64,000 bases of DNA from Octopus vulgaris (lineage: Eukaryota): the NCBI GenBank assembly GCA_951406725.2, contig OX597820.1:7750001-7814000 (forward strand), read 5' to 3'. Positions 39,284 through 54,311 of this stretch are shown here, piece by piece; the stretch's first letter is position 1, and the number at the start of each line of letters is the position of its first letter. A model generated the notes under the pieces. That model worked only from the letters and a program-made list of their open reading frames with translations, had not been told where the DNA came from and did no database searches. The translations under genes and the position numbers were made by a program.

Positions 39284-40367
39284 GAATAACAAAAGTGACT
39301 GACGCATACATATATTTGAAGCTGCTTTGGAGTTTCTGGATGGATGGGTCTGTGCGTTGTTTATGAGGAATGTGTTTGAGGTGAAACACTGTTTCGTTGA
39401 TAAGTGATTGGGCCTTAATGGAAAACAAGCCTGGACCTCCTCATTCCCCATTGAAGCTTCTGTTCTAGGTCGTTCGACGTGGAAACACTTTCTGTTTCGT
39501 ATTATGGAGTATTTTTTAGCACATCCAGAACTTATTCTAACGTTTCAATATGTTTCTCTTAACTTATTTATCACACTTCTGTTTTTTTTTTGGAATTGTA
39601 TCATCTCCATCTCTGCATCGCACAGAAGTTGGAACATTACAACTGTAATTCGAGGTGATTGCTCTAGATTTTTAGCATGGTTACTGTTTCCGAGACTTTT
39701 CGATCTGATAGAAAAATCCATACTCTATGATGTTATACGATGTTCTTCTTCCAAACATTCTAAAATAACATTATGAGTTTGTTAATTATTTAATCATTTT
39801 AGAATTTTGTAAAACAAACAATAACAAATTTGATATTTGTTGTGTGTGTTTATGAGCGTTATCCATTTATTTTAGTTTTATATCTAATCTCTGGTTTCAT
39901 CTCACATAGGAACTGTTATCTACCATCAGAAATATGTCATCACTCCATTTCTACAAACTGATATAGATGCACATATGTATACACATCTGTGTGTCTGTGT
40001 ACATGCGATTGTGTGTGCGTGTATAAATTGATACATTCATATACGAATAATTGTCCTTGTGTATGTATATTGTGATAAGTTTAATGTTCACACTGTTTTC
40101 CTGTGACACTCATCGTTAAACATAATTTCCACTCAAGTACAACTCAGTGAATGAAGCACACACCAACACACTAAAACACTTATCTATATATTAGAAAGAC
40201 ACAATCCTATTTAAGCATAAATAAGCAAAAAATAATCGCTCCTTTAAGCAAACAGTAAATCGACTTTAAGAGATGAAGTGAGTAGGTTTCAAACGTATCT
40301 CCATACTTGCTAGTAGCACTTTTAAAAAAAGTAACAAGCTTCCACATGTAGTATTTTAGTAGCCATA

Positions 40368-40758
40368 GGAGGCGCAATGGCCCTGTGGTTAGGGCAGCGG
40401 ACTCGCGGTCATAGGATCGCAGTTTCGATTCCCAGACCGGGCGTTGTGAGTGTTTATTGAGCAAAAACACCTAAAAGCTCCACGAGGCTCCGGCAGGGTG
40501 ATCCCTGATGGTGGTGATCCCTGCTGTACTATTTCACCACAACTTTCTCTCACTCTTACTTCCTGTTTCTGTTGTTCCTGTATTTCAAGGGTCCGGCCTT
40601 GTCACTCTCTGTGTCACGCTGAATATCCCCGGGAACTACGTTAAGGGTACACGTGTCTGTGGAGTGCTCAGCCACTTACACGTTAATTTCACGAGCAGGC
40701 TGTTCCGTTGATTCGGATCAACCGGAACCCCCATCGTCGTAACCGACGGAGTGCTTCC
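40368..40758 (+). mobile_element. SINE B, tail type 3, with probable 10-bp TSD
   Basis: ATTTTAGTAG at 40353-40362 and 40759-40768; family B head, different 3' half. Confidence 0.9.
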
Positions 40759-41136
40759 ATTTTAGTAGTAAAATTCATTAAGCCTTTCTCTCGACCTTTT
40801 GTTTGGCAGCTGGCTAAACATTACTATGGTTACGTTGTCTCCATTTGTAACAAATTATTATTAAAACAGCATTATTTGCAGTAATTGAATAAATATATTT
40901 TACGAAGGAACCACCTTCCAACTGTAAACATGGACATAGACTGGAATCCAATAGATCTCGATGACAAACAACACTCTGACTATCTGTTTCGCCTTCTTTA
41001 TATATGTAGGTGTGCGTGTGCGTGAGCACATGTACATATAGGCATATATTTCTTCCTTGATCACTCACTGGCATATATATATATATACATCTGTGTGTAC
41101 GTATGCATTTATGTATGTAAATATATATATGTATGT

Positions 41137-41196
<60 letters not shown>

Positions 41197-41198
41197 GT

Positions 41199-41253
<55 letters not shown>

Positions 41254-41849
41254 CTTAAGTAAGGAGAAGATAGATTTGGTATTAATCTTTATTTTGTACG
41301 ACGGTCGTTTCGGCCCATCCTACTGTCCCTCATAGGTGGGGTTCAGTTCTATATATATATAAACGTGCGCTTACTATTCCCAGCAGCTTTTCGCTGCTGA
41401 CGCCACCAAAAATGAACAATATTAGCGTGAAGGGCGTGTAATTGTATTGAGTTTTTGGACGATAACTGACGAGAAAAGAGTACGTCATGTCTTGTCTGTG
41501 AATATAAGGTGACTGGCAGATAGATAGTTTTGCGTTTTAGATTCCTTAATATATACCGGAATTTTTCGAGTGTAGCTGTTTGTTTTGGTTTTTTTCTCGA
41601 GAAAGCGAGAGCTGTAACATTTGATCATGTTGTAAAGAAACAATTATCCTAATCGAGGAACTCTATTTGCAACAACGAGTCCTTTCTATAATGGATTACG
41701 ATGGTTATCCTTTCGGAATTGCGAAATACGCATACAAACACAAAGAGACCTATATATACAGGCGTCTCTGTATACATGCGTTTGCTCCTGCCTGGTTGGC
41801 CTTCAGTGGGTGGTGTAGGTATACATATATACCTACACACATATATATG

Positions 41850-42100
41850 TTACCAATTATATACATTTTTATTATTTTTTTGCAATTTACTCAATCATCA
41901 GTATATTATTGTTATTTTTATTTTAATATTTCTATTATATGTAATTTTCTAGATGGTGTAATTTAATTGTTCATTTTGAATTGATAAAAGGTGATATTTT
42001 TCTAATTTTTATATATATATGTTATATTGTGTGAAATTTGATTTAGTATTTCTAAATTGAATTTTTCCCTGTAAGTTAGGATTAATATTCCGTCAAATAA
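41850..42100. mobile_element. AT-rich TA-associated repeat
   Basis: 42051-42100 is the reverse complement of 12349-12398, and that motif also recurs at 12264-12297 between TA tracts. Confidence 0.55.
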
Positions 42101-42103
42101 TAA

Positions 42104-42159
<56 letters not shown>

Positions 42160-42207
42160 AACATGTATATGTATATATGTGTGTGTGCGTGTATACACAT
42201 GCACATG

Positions 42208-42254
<47 letters not shown>

Positions 42255-42647
42255 ATATGCATACATATATCATAATATATTAATTATAAAAGAAAGGGGA
42301 ATGTTGGATTATGGTGTAAATAAATGGCCGACGCTAGAAAACAGAAGTAACATTTCTATTGCAAGCGAAGAGGAAGTATTGCTCGAGGCTTTACCATTCT
42401 AATGAGATGTTTTCCTTTCCACTAAACACATTCATCATACCTCACTCTATGCACATCTGCAAATTGTACATTTTAGCGTCTCACATTAATATATTCATAC
42501 GGTATTTTATATAATATTCCACAAAGCATTTTCTGTATCTAATTGCCATTTTTGTTTTTCATATAATGCATTATATATATCTGGTTGTTAGTGTGTGTGA
42601 GCGTGTGCGTGTATGTATGTGTTTATATATATATATATATATATATA

Positions 42648-43105
<458 letters not shown>

Positions 43106-43149
43106 CATATACATATACATATATATATATATATGTATACACACACTTG

Positions 43150-43199
<50 letters not shown>

Positions 43200-43632
43200 T
43201 GCAGAAATGTTGAAATGGTATGAATATACTCACACATATGTAGGACTCGATGTTGATCGCAGAGCTAAATATATAAATAATTAAATAGAGAGAGACGGTT
43301 CTAGATTACGATTTATCTTCATTTCATCAGGTGTATTATGAAGATCCTAATTACGATCACTTGTATAAATATTGCTTGTATAATCCCAGCCGTCGGTAAT
43401 GGCAGAAGAGGAGATGATGTATAACGCGGGAAATTGAAGGTTAATAAAGGTGAAGATCAGAGTAATTTCCTATTTCACCAAAAAATATACCTCAGAATAT
43501 AAATTTTACTTATATATCTTTATGTATGTATGTATGTATGTATGTATGTATGTATGGATGGATGGATGGATGGATGGATGGATGGATGGGTTGGTGGATG
43601 GGTGGATGGGTAGGTGGATGGATAGATGGATG

Positions 43633-44400
43633 TCATTCTTCAGTTTATTTCAAGATTTATTGCCAGTAGCGAAAGAACCGGTTTCTAACCTAGATCCAAC
43701 GGGGAAAGCAAGGTGGCGTGAAGGCGGCGGATTTCAACATCAACAACAGTGTATTTTCGTTTGTATGTATGTATGTATGTATGTATGTATGTATGTATGT
43801 ATGTATGTATGTATGTATGTATGTGCAGATTTGTATGTTTTATGTAAATATTCTCATGCATATACTTGCTTATCTAGACATGCTCATATATACTTAAATG
43901 ATAAACTTCTGGAAAGTTTTACAGATTTTTACAGTTCCGGTGATGGCTTGGATCTATAGTCTTTGAATTAGCTTTCCCCTTTTTGGTTTCGAGAAGCCTA
44001 ATTACACAAGATTGGTATTTAGGCAGTGTGTTACATATCTCAGAGCCGAATTAATTGCAGGTATAAACGTGAACTTGTAACTTGGATAGAGTAACTGCAG
44101 ATTTCTCAATTGTTCAGCAAGAGTGTTCGCTTTTTCACTGATCTTGAGCTTTATGTTAGCATCCACTGGCAGCTAATTCCACAACTGTGCACACTGTTTC
44201 TGTTCTCTGTCCCAAATCATTATATCAGTTCTATTGTGCTTACACTTTTTTTTTAAAGTCTTCACTGGGACATTCCATCAGTATTCCTTTTTATTATGAG
44301 TGACTATGGCTTGTACCATACTGTGGGTTCTTATTTCTTTGTCCTCGGGATTATCCTTCAGAAGGATTTTATTATAGTGTGTCCTAGCTACAACGTCATG
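43633..44400 (-). pseudogene. RLE-type LINE 3' end, same family as 32085-33170
   Basis: Shared AAATGATAAACTTCTGGAAAGTT..ACAGATTTTTACAGTTCC terminus and 3' UTR; HDVVART..., TDIMIWDR, CAQLWN/ISC; (TATG)n at borders. Confidence 0.85.
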
Positions 44401-44752
44401 TATGTATGTTTATATATATTACGCTTGTGGCTTTGTCTTGAAACTCGTACTTAATTTATCGACCCCGGAAGGATGAAAGGCAAAGTTTACCTCGGCGGAA
44501 TTTGAAATCAGAACGTTAGATAATATATAATACAAGGTAATTTAAAATATTAGAATATTATGAAATGCTATGAAATGAAATGGAATTTATACGATAGGCG
44601 TGAAATGTGGGGTTAATTTTGGTTGGTATCGTTTCATTTGTTAATCTTTCGACTTGGTTTGTCTGGATAAGAAAAGTCGTGAGAATTTTGAGGCTGAAAA
44701 CATTGTGTGCATTCCTTAGCAGACGTGTGTTGGTAGTGGACACTAAGAAATG

Positions 44753-44948
44753 AGTTTCTTTTCTACTCTAGGCACAAGGCATGAAATTTTGGGGGAGGAG
44801 CCAGTGTGTAACTGGTACTTAATTTATCGACCCCGAAAGGATGAAAAGCAAAGTCGACCTCGGCGGAAGTTGAACTCAGAACGTAAAGACAGACGAAATA
44901 CCGCTAAGCATATCGCTCAGTGTGCTAACGTTTCTGCCAACTCGCCGC
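44753..44948 (-). mobile_element. SINE C with alternative 3' tail
   Basis: Head and core match 56747-56973; the tail instead matches 35518-35586. Confidence 0.8.
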
Positions 44949-45379
44949 CTTACTAATATTGAAAGTTGAAGGACTTTGAAATAGAGTTGGGTAACTTCAA
45001 CATTGAACAATATATTTGATGCCTAAAGCAGTGCTATATATATTTGTGTGTCTGTATGTTTAGAAATAATATATATATATATATATATATAAGCGTCTGT
45101 GATGATGTGCGTTTGTTCCTGCAGAAAAACAAAAGATGAAGACAGGTGTATTAATTATAAAAGAAAGAGAAATGATGAATTATGGTGTAAATATATGGCG
45201 ACGCTAGAGAACAGAAGCAGCATCTTCACGAACACCATTCCTCTATGTGATTGGCTTGAAAAATTGTTAAGATATTTAGACAATTTTCTTAACAGGAATC
45301 CAATGGTAGCCTTAATACACAAATAAAGAAATTATATCCACCAATGCGGTGTTGAGCATTCATTTTATTGTCGATATTT

Positions 45380-45408
<29 letters not shown>

Positions 45409-45411
<3 letters not shown>

Positions 45412-46778
45412 GAAGGTCTGGAATTCCTTTTTAAACAAGGACAACGTTTCACAGTAAAACACAACTTCACATGCGCATCAGAAAACCTAGTATATGTCTT
45501 AACTTTCTCGGGCTGTAATGAACACTACATAGGCCAAACTAAAAATAGCCTCCGCCAACGCATGACTGTCCACAGATCCCAAATAAAAATACAGGAATAC
45601 AGAAAAATAGCATTTAGTGCACATATTGATACCTGTGCCGCACAACTTCATCCCAATTTTAGAATCTTTCCCCTCTACAAATTTAAAGACAATGCCACTC
45701 ATACCCAGCGAATAACCATGGAAACCCACCTTATTAATAAATACAGACCACTTCTAAACACATCCCCCTAACACGAACCCACAACAAACACACTTACACC
45801 TGCACACACCCTACACACACTTTTACCCAGATATTAACGCCATGACACACGCAAATATATGGTTCCACACATACACATAATTTGATACGGGTGCAAAACA
45901 TCCAACACTATTTTTTGGAAATGACTGTAAATATTGACTTCACACAAACACGTTGCTTCCCGATACAGGCACAAGGCCAGCAGAACTATAAATATTGAAA
46001 ATTGTACCCACACACGCACACATATATACACGCGCGCGCGCCCCAACATACATATAAACACACACACGCGCGCGCGCGCACACACATACATACATATAGC
46101 TCTTCCTGTCCTAAACGAACTTACTTTTCCAGCTCAAATTCAGTCAAGCGGAAAATACACTCCTTAACTACTCGCTAAAAAGCTATTTAAAATATCCACA
46201 TGACGTCTACTGACCAGCCTGAACAATAAGAATTTTCAACAACGCTATTTTCGAAAACTCCATACACCACCCACACTGCGTTTCATTCTAAACATTCATG
46301 TGACCTCTCTATTATGACCACATCCACGTGACCTCTTTATTATGACCAATAAGAAATTTTAGGCGCGACACTAGCCAAATTTTAACATCTCTGGAGCCTA
46401 TTTTCTTACCCCAACACCAACTTCCATTCAAACATTCACGTGACCCCTTTATAATGACCAATCAAAATTGTATTGACCATTGTCCACAAGAAATTTTAGG
46501 CGCGAAACCAAGCAAATCTTAAACAACTCTGGAGCCTCTTTTTTCACATATAAGAGACAGCAAACCCAACATAAAGTCAGATAAGAGAAAAGAATCTATC
46601 AGAAAGGAACTCTATCTCTCTTAAAAATATATCTTTTGATAAGCATAACAAATGCGCAACCGGTAAAAAGAACTTTCACCTAATTAAATACACTCTCCCT
46701 TACTTAAATTATTTTGTCAGCATTTTCTTCATTTCCTTTTTTTATATATCACAACTCGTGTTCCACATCTCCTTTTTT

Positions 46779-46780
<2 letters not shown>
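45409..46780 (+). mobile_element. 5'-truncated Penelope-like element (GIY-YIG end plus 3' UTR/pLTR) inserted in (TA)n
   Basis: GIY-YIG ORF remnant, CCAAT/TATA-containing pLTR, degenerate hammerhead at 46632-46671, (TA)n on both sides. Confidence 0.8.
45412..45771 (+). pseudogene. PLE C-terminal GIY-YIG endonuclease domain (open frame, no start)
   Basis: FTCASENLVYVLTFSGCNEHYIGQTKNSLRQRMTVHRS...H...RITMETHLINKYRPLLN. Confidence 0.88.
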
Positions 46781-46860
<80 letters not shown>

Positions 46861-48159
46861 AAAACAGTTTGACTCCAACTCCTTGGTACTCTGAGTTTCA
46901 AGCGTGTCACTAGTTTTCAGCCATTGGAGTCTGAATGAGAGTTTGATTGAAGAAAGTCAATGTTTACTACTAGACGTTAGCCTGCGATTGGTGGGGAAGG
47001 TCACTCGGTGTCGCAGTTTGATGTTAGTATTTTAGCGACAACAATTACTTGTAAAATACCGCATGGTGAACAGGAAATTGGTCGCGCGTTTGGGGTAAGT
47101 AGGAAGGGGTAGTACATGTGGGAAGTTATACGTATTGATGTGTACATGTATATACCCATATATCTGCGTGTATGCATCTGTACTTATGTGTGCATGTGTG
47201 CGTAGATGTACATTTATATAGGCACGCGCGCACACACGTGCACGCGCACACACGTGCACGCGCACACACACGCACACGCGTACGCAAATATATTCACGCA
47301 CACACATACACGCTCGCTCGCGCGCACACACACTCGTGTGCATATATACGGTAGTTACGAACAGTGAGAAAAAGTGCTCAATACTGAATTTGGAGGATAT
47401 ACTCACAGACACACACACACTCACACGCAAACGCACCCACACACATACGAATAAAACTATCAAACTAGAAAAACTCTCTCCACCATCCCTTCCTCTCTAC
47501 CCAACCTTTCCAATATATGATTTTCTCCTGCACAACACAAAAACTCCTATTCCTTGCTACCCACACAATTAAGCAGCACCTAATTTTCACACACAAAACG
47601 GGCTTGAATTTATTACAGGCCAAGAGAGATTCGGCTGCTATTTCTAACAGCTTGAACAATCCCATAAACAAATCATGGATGTTTGACTGGTTGGTTGGTT
47701 AGTTGGTTGGCTGGCTGGTGGCTGGCTGGTTCTTGTTTAACCCAAGCTCAGATTTCTATTTAGTAAACCTGCGACCTAAGACGCTCCATATCTTCTTCGA
47801 TTCAGACAGTATCTCCGCTTGATTTTGATTTAATAAACACTGGAAAGGTATTCTTTGAGAAAGTACTTCGCTATTATAGTTTTCTCGGCATAACGTATAG
47901 AGATGAACGATCGAGCGATATGCGTTAGTTCGCTTCCACAAATGCTCTGTACCGCGCAATCTTAGTCTGGACAGAGAAGAAATAATTCTAATAATATTAC
48001 ACGATATGAGATATAAGATAACTTAAATATGAGAGAAGAGCATATATAAAGTATGGAAGCCTAAACAATATACATGTATTTCTCTCAGCCACGAATATAT
48101 GAATCTATGGACATATTACACATAATACCAGCATATATATGTGGATATGGATATACATA

Positions 48160-48194
<35 letters not shown>

Positions 48195-48234
48195 TACATA
48201 CATACATACATACATACATACATACATACATACA

Positions 48235-48266
<32 letters not shown>

Positions 48267-48829
48267 AAGTACACACATATATACATGATACGGAATTTTA
48301 TCTCCGAATGAATATATTTAAGTCTATATATATATGTATATGTATATATGCATCTGAACTGTTATAACCAACTGAATATATATATATGTGTGTACGTTTG
48401 TGTGTATGTGTGTACATGGGTGTATGCGTGTATGTTCATATCTGTATGTGCGTGTATTCACGTCTATATTCATTATACATATGTGCATAGGTACAAACAT
48501 ATATACATACATACGTACATACGCACGTACATTCTTAAATATATACATATGCATTTGTACGTACGTAAATATGTATATCCCACACAGCACCTGATAAACA
48601 ACAGCAAAAGTTCTAGAAGAATCGAATTCCGAAAAGCAAAGAGAACAACCTCGTACATGTCGGCAGAATGCTCCTCGGAAACTCATCTCTTCTTGGTGAC
48701 CTAATCAACCCCAAAACAGCTTGTGGCATAACGCAAGGAAGAAGATGGTGTTCAGCATACCAAAAAGAACAAAAAAGAAAAGACTATGCCTGACTACGTC
48801 GCTCGAAAGCTAGAAGAAGGCACTCATAG

Positions 48830-49340
48830 CCACATGAAGGATAGCCTTACTTGGACTCAAACCCGCATCACATTAGACATCGTAGTGCTTTACATTTTAA
48901 ATCCAAAATATATATTCAAGAGCAAGGGATTGTTACAAGTTATCTGATAAGCAAAGGAGGCAGCGAAGCCCTTGGAGACCGAAGATACAGCTGGCTATGT
49001 CGATTATGTCTCATTTCTGTGCAGACATGTGGTCAACAACTGTCCAAAAATGTCATCAAGTTTCTATCTACCTATGCAACATCTCGTCGCCAAAACAATA
49101 TACCATCCGAAATACAAATTGTTCTAGAATTAATATACAGACATAAACATTTAATAAGTACCCACATAACAGGCCAAATATCGTTGTCTGGGATAGACAA
49201 GACAAAGTATGTACCGTAGCAGATTTCAGCTGGCCTGAAAACGAAACTGCTTCAAAACCTTCAGCTTCTCTACCTAGATTATAAATTCACATTTATGCCG
49301 ATAAAAGTTGGTTCACTTGGTTTTGTGAGTAAAATACCTA
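48830..49340 (+). pseudogene. Decayed RLE-type LINE fragment, same group as 32085-33170
   Basis: IQEQGIVTSYL..CRLC..CPKMSSSFYL..RPNIVVWDR..YKFTFMPIKVGSLGFV. Confidence 0.7.
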
Positions 49341-49569
49341 AATAACAACCTGGAGGCCCTTCCTGTCGCCAAACACCACCTTTTTCCTAGCAACGTAGTA
49401 TTTCCTCATAAACAACATATCCTCACAGATTATTGTAAAGGAATATCACTTCTTGCATAACAGAGACAACTGCTTTACGACTGTCACGTGGTGTCAAGGT
49501 AAAGAGACAAAAACTTATACATGCACTCACACATATACGATGAGCTTCTTTCAGTTTGATACACACATG

Positions 49570-49629
<60 letters not shown>

Positions 49630-49634
<5 letters not shown>

Positions 49635-49818
49635 CGCTATGATAGATCGTTATGACTACACATTTTTTCTCTCCTTGTTTTTTCTGTGTCCCTTTCTGTA
49701 GAAGAGCGTAAGCTCGAAACGTAAAAGACTTTTTCTATTCCTGAGCGTTATACTAATACATCTGTTTATTTTGTACACCACCTGTCTTCGTCTTTTGCTT
49801 TTTTCGTAAACTTTCCCT
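49630..49818 (+). mobile_element. Family D element with variant hammerhead (49692-49727)
   Basis: CUUU-CUGUAGA-A GAGC GUAA GCUC-GAAAC-GUA-AAAG; TA tracts on both sides. Confidence 0.8.
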
Positions 49819-49879
49819 ATATATATATGTGTGTGTGTGTGTGTGTAAATATGTGTGTGTGTATTAATGTATATATAGA

Positions 49880-50885
49880 GTAAAGATCATTTGCCAACAT
49901 AACGTGGCAGTCCTGGCTTAGGACGTATGTTACTGTCATTTAGCTCTCTAGGAAATATCCTCTCCAGCTGGCTATACGACACCCTGTCTCCTTAAATTTT
50001 GGAACAAGGGAGTTTAGTATCCCCACTCACCACTAAACAATATCTGTGTATCGCGATTTCTGGGTTATTTCTCTTCATCGGCATAGAACAACTGTTCAGT
50101 TAGAGGTGGCGCTATTAAATTTTTGTTCGAAATATATAAGTTTTCTAAACGACTGTGTGTCACTTTGAAAACTATATATTTCGCGATGGTTATATTTTTG
50201 TCTTACCAAATAAACACACGCGCTCTATATTCGTTCTTCACTCGTTTATTATTGTTCTTATTGTATCTAATGTCCATTGTATGGAAATCTTGTCACCTCT
50301 TCAGCGACTTTTCCCTTCCACGTGTCTCCTCTTTTTCTGTTTCGCCCATTCTGTCTTTCTATGGTGTGTATCCTTATCTGCGCACACGTTTGCATCTTCG
50401 CATGTGAGCATGTGTGCGTGTGTGTACGCGTGTCTATGGACTCTTTATGTAATTTGTATGTGTATATACGGGTGTGCTTACAATATTGTTTGTATCCGCA
50501 CCCTTTATATATTTTTTATTGTTGCTTTATTAATTTATTTGCTTATTTATCTATATCTTTTTTCTATTTTTATTTCATCTTAAGTATGTGTATGCATGTC
50601 TTTTGTGTGTGTATGTGTATATGGGTTTGCGTATTATGCTGTTTGTATCTGTGTCTTTTCTTTCCCTTCTGTCTTTAGTCGTCATGATGCGTAGTGTAGT
50701 GGTGGGAGAGGTGTTCCATTCGAGTTTTCAGTTGATGCTCGGTCTGTCTATTGGCATCTGTGTGTCCTCTGCAATCTCTGTAAGTGTTGTGTCTTTTCTA
50801 TGCGTTGATAATACCTTAAGCTCTAACATAGAGGCAGCAGTCTTGAGAAATAAGTGTTAAGTGAAGGGTTTCAGGAAGATTTACG
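49880..50885 (-). mobile_element. Probable PLE 3' fragment: GIY-YIG C-terminus, 3' UTR and near-canonical hammerhead (50044-50086)
   Basis: Minus peptide LKVLSTHRKDTTLTEIAEDTQM..RPSIN*KLEW; CUAUG-CCGAUGA-A GAG..CCC A-GAAA-UCGCGA-UA-CACAG with palindromic stem III. Confidence 0.55.
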
Positions 50886-50930
50886 AAGGGGCGAATATGT
50901 TTATATGCGTGTATGGTGTGGGATACATAC

Positions 50931-51016
<86 letters not shown>

Positions 51017-51155
51017 TGTTTATAGATAGATATATAGATAGATAGATCTGAAATTTAAAAAGCAGTGTTTACGGCTATTTAAAAGAATTTAACTAGAAAG
51101 AGAAGAGGTGGTGAGATTTATCGAATAGAGACAGAGAGAAGGAAAAATAGAGAGA

Positions 51156-51200
<45 letters not shown>

Positions 51201-51941
51201 GTGGGGTAGAAAGAAAGCAAAATCGATGTCGAAAGATAGGAAGAAATGGGGAAATGACCGAGGAAAGAAAGGAAGAGAATCAAGAAAGCATTTGCAAAGA
51301 TCTGGATATAAAAATAGTTATAGAGAGAGGGGAGGAGGAGGAGGAGCAGCAGGAAAGAGAAGAAAGGAAAGAGTGAGAGAGAGAGGGGAGGAGGAGGAGG
51401 ACATGGTTAGAGACAGAGAGATGGAACCGACAGTGATTGATTGAAACCCCAATGTTGCCCCTGTTGTGGTTTTTGTCAAATGGTAAAATCCCTGCTCGGT
51501 GCCTCGTACTGTTCGACATCGTTTCACTGCGCTTCGCTTGGTCCCACTAAAACACTAGCGACATCTTTACTACACTGCTGGTGGTTATGTTTATCATCTT
51601 TTCATTCCCCACCACCTTTCTTTATCTTTCTCCTTCTCTCTTCCTTTTCTCATTCGTTCTTTCTCTCTTTTCTCTCTTTTCTCTCTCTCTCACTCTCTCT
51701 CTCTCTCATGCTCTCCCTCCCTTTCTTTCTCATCCCCTCTCACACACTCTTTTTATTCGATCATTTCTTTCCTTTTCCCCCATTATATGATGTAATAAGA
51801 AATTTTGCAACCAAATCTCCAGTTTTTATCTAAGATGAGTGTGTGCGTGCGTGTGTGTGCGTGTGTGTGCGTGTGCGTGCGTGTGTGTGTGTGTGTGTAA
51901 GTAGACTGAGAGCTAGACAGGATTGATAGACAGATTGATAT

Positions 51942-51999
<58 letters not shown>

Positions 52000-52075
52000 G
52001 TGGAGGGGTGGTGTATAAATATATACACAAAATTTTGGGATTTGTATATTTATGTATGATATATGTATATATATG

Positions 52076-52114
<39 letters not shown>

Positions 52115-52248
52115 ATACGCGTATGTGTGAGTGCGTGTGTGTAGTGTATGTATGTGTGTGTATATGTGTGACATTTTGCCGAAAGCAAACTGAGACTTCG
52201 AAGTTACTATCAAATTTATCTTTGTAACCGTATATTAAAATATATGTG

Positions 52249-52318
<70 letters not shown>

Positions 52319-53191
52319 TGTACGTACACACACACATATATATATATATATATGCATGTACGTACACACACACACACACTCACACATATGAAATACTCAA
52401 CACGTATAGAGTATTAATTATGTGTATGTGTGGCGATGGCGATATATGTGAGTGTGTGTGTGTGTGTGTGAGCGCTTGTCTATATATTTCCTTAATATTT
52501 CCTTTGTTTTTCGCATATCCACCCGCGCCCACCCCACCTTATATTACTTCATTTCTTAAGAGTGTGGCTTTATTCTTTAACTTATTTGTTTTCTGTATAA
52601 TTTTTATTTATATTTCCCCATTTCTTAATGTATATATTTTCCTTTTTACACTTCAAAGAGAAGGCATTTTTTTCATCATACACACACATACATACATACA
52701 TACATAATACATACATACATACATACATACATGCATATATTTATGCGTGTATGTGTGTGTGAGTGTGTGTGTGTGCTTATGTGTGTTTATAAACTGATAT
52801 TTTTTTGTATTCTGTCTTATTTGTGGAAATAACAAAGAAATTTTTCACCAGTACGTATGTATGCGTGTGCATACGTTTATGTCTATATATATATATATTT
52901 ATGTGTGTGTGTGTGAGTGTGTATGTGTGTGTGAGTGTGTGTGTGTACATAGTATGTATACGCATGTATGAACATATGTATATGCATATATTTTGTATAT
53001 ATGTGTGTGTGTGTAGATATATGTAATTATATATGTATATGTACACACACACACATATATGCGTATTTATATATATACACACATGCGTATATGTATATGT
53101 ATGTGTATGTATATATAATCTGTTTGTGCATGCATGTGTGTCTATATATATATGTGTATATACACGTACATACATACACATATAAATATAT

Positions 53192-53238
<47 letters not shown>

Positions 53239-53242
53239 TATT

Positions 53243-53300
<58 letters not shown>

Positions 53301-53408
53301 TATTCGTCATTATTTTTGTTGGCTTTACTATTGTCACTGGTGTTATTGTCATTGTTATTACAATGTGTTGTGGTATTTTTTTATTGCAGCAACGACAGCA
53401 ACACCACC

Positions 53409-53445
<37 letters not shown>

Positions 53446-54214
53446 CGAGGCGGAGCGGCAGCAGCGCTGCTGCTGTTGTTGTTGTTGTTGTTGTTGCTAG
53501 AAACATGTTAGTGGAATCATAGATTTCGATGAAATATGGAGATATGACAGCTTTAAGATATTGTAGTTTGGTACGTAGTGCAGTGTGGTGTGTCTTTGGA
53601 AAGGTATGTGTTTAGTGTTATTTATTTGTGTTAGTGTGTTGTGGTGACTGTGTAGAATATGGAGCGGTGAGCGATGTCGTTTCGTGTGTTGCCCACATCT
53701 TATGTACTGTGATACAGTGAGGATTGTAAAATATAATTTGATGTAGTATGTGATGTAGTTTGGTGTGGTGTGTATTATAGTGATGTGTTTTAGTATGTTT
53801 TTGTTGTTCGTTTAGCCAGCCTCCATCAAAGAGAATTGTGGCCAAACGTATTCCTACCGTGGCCAGCCATATTATTGAATGATATTTGTTACTACATCCT
53901 CCAACATGTCTGTCGTTTATTTATCAAGTTACATTGTCTCAAACTGGCGGACATTTTCCTTGAATGTGAGGCATTGTTATGGTTGTTATTGCCGTTTGTC
54001 GTCGTTGTTGTTGTTGTTGCTTTAGCCCCAATTCTACTCTCATAGACCAAACCTTTAATAAAAGTCTTCCCAGCCATGGCCATCGCGTATTTAGAGTACT
54101 ATATAGGGCTATATTATCTGCTTACAGGAAATCCTTTGTAACCAACTGAGGCTGCTGTCACTGAGGGAGGGAGTGTGTGTGTGTGTGAGAGAGAGAGAAA
54201 GAGAGAGAGAGTGA

Positions 54215-54305
<91 letters not shown>

Positions 54306-54311
54306 TGTGTA

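Noticed and set aside
50098-50115. CTCF-like AGAGGTGGCGCTA
   Set aside because: Only half the consensus matches and it lies inside a repeat
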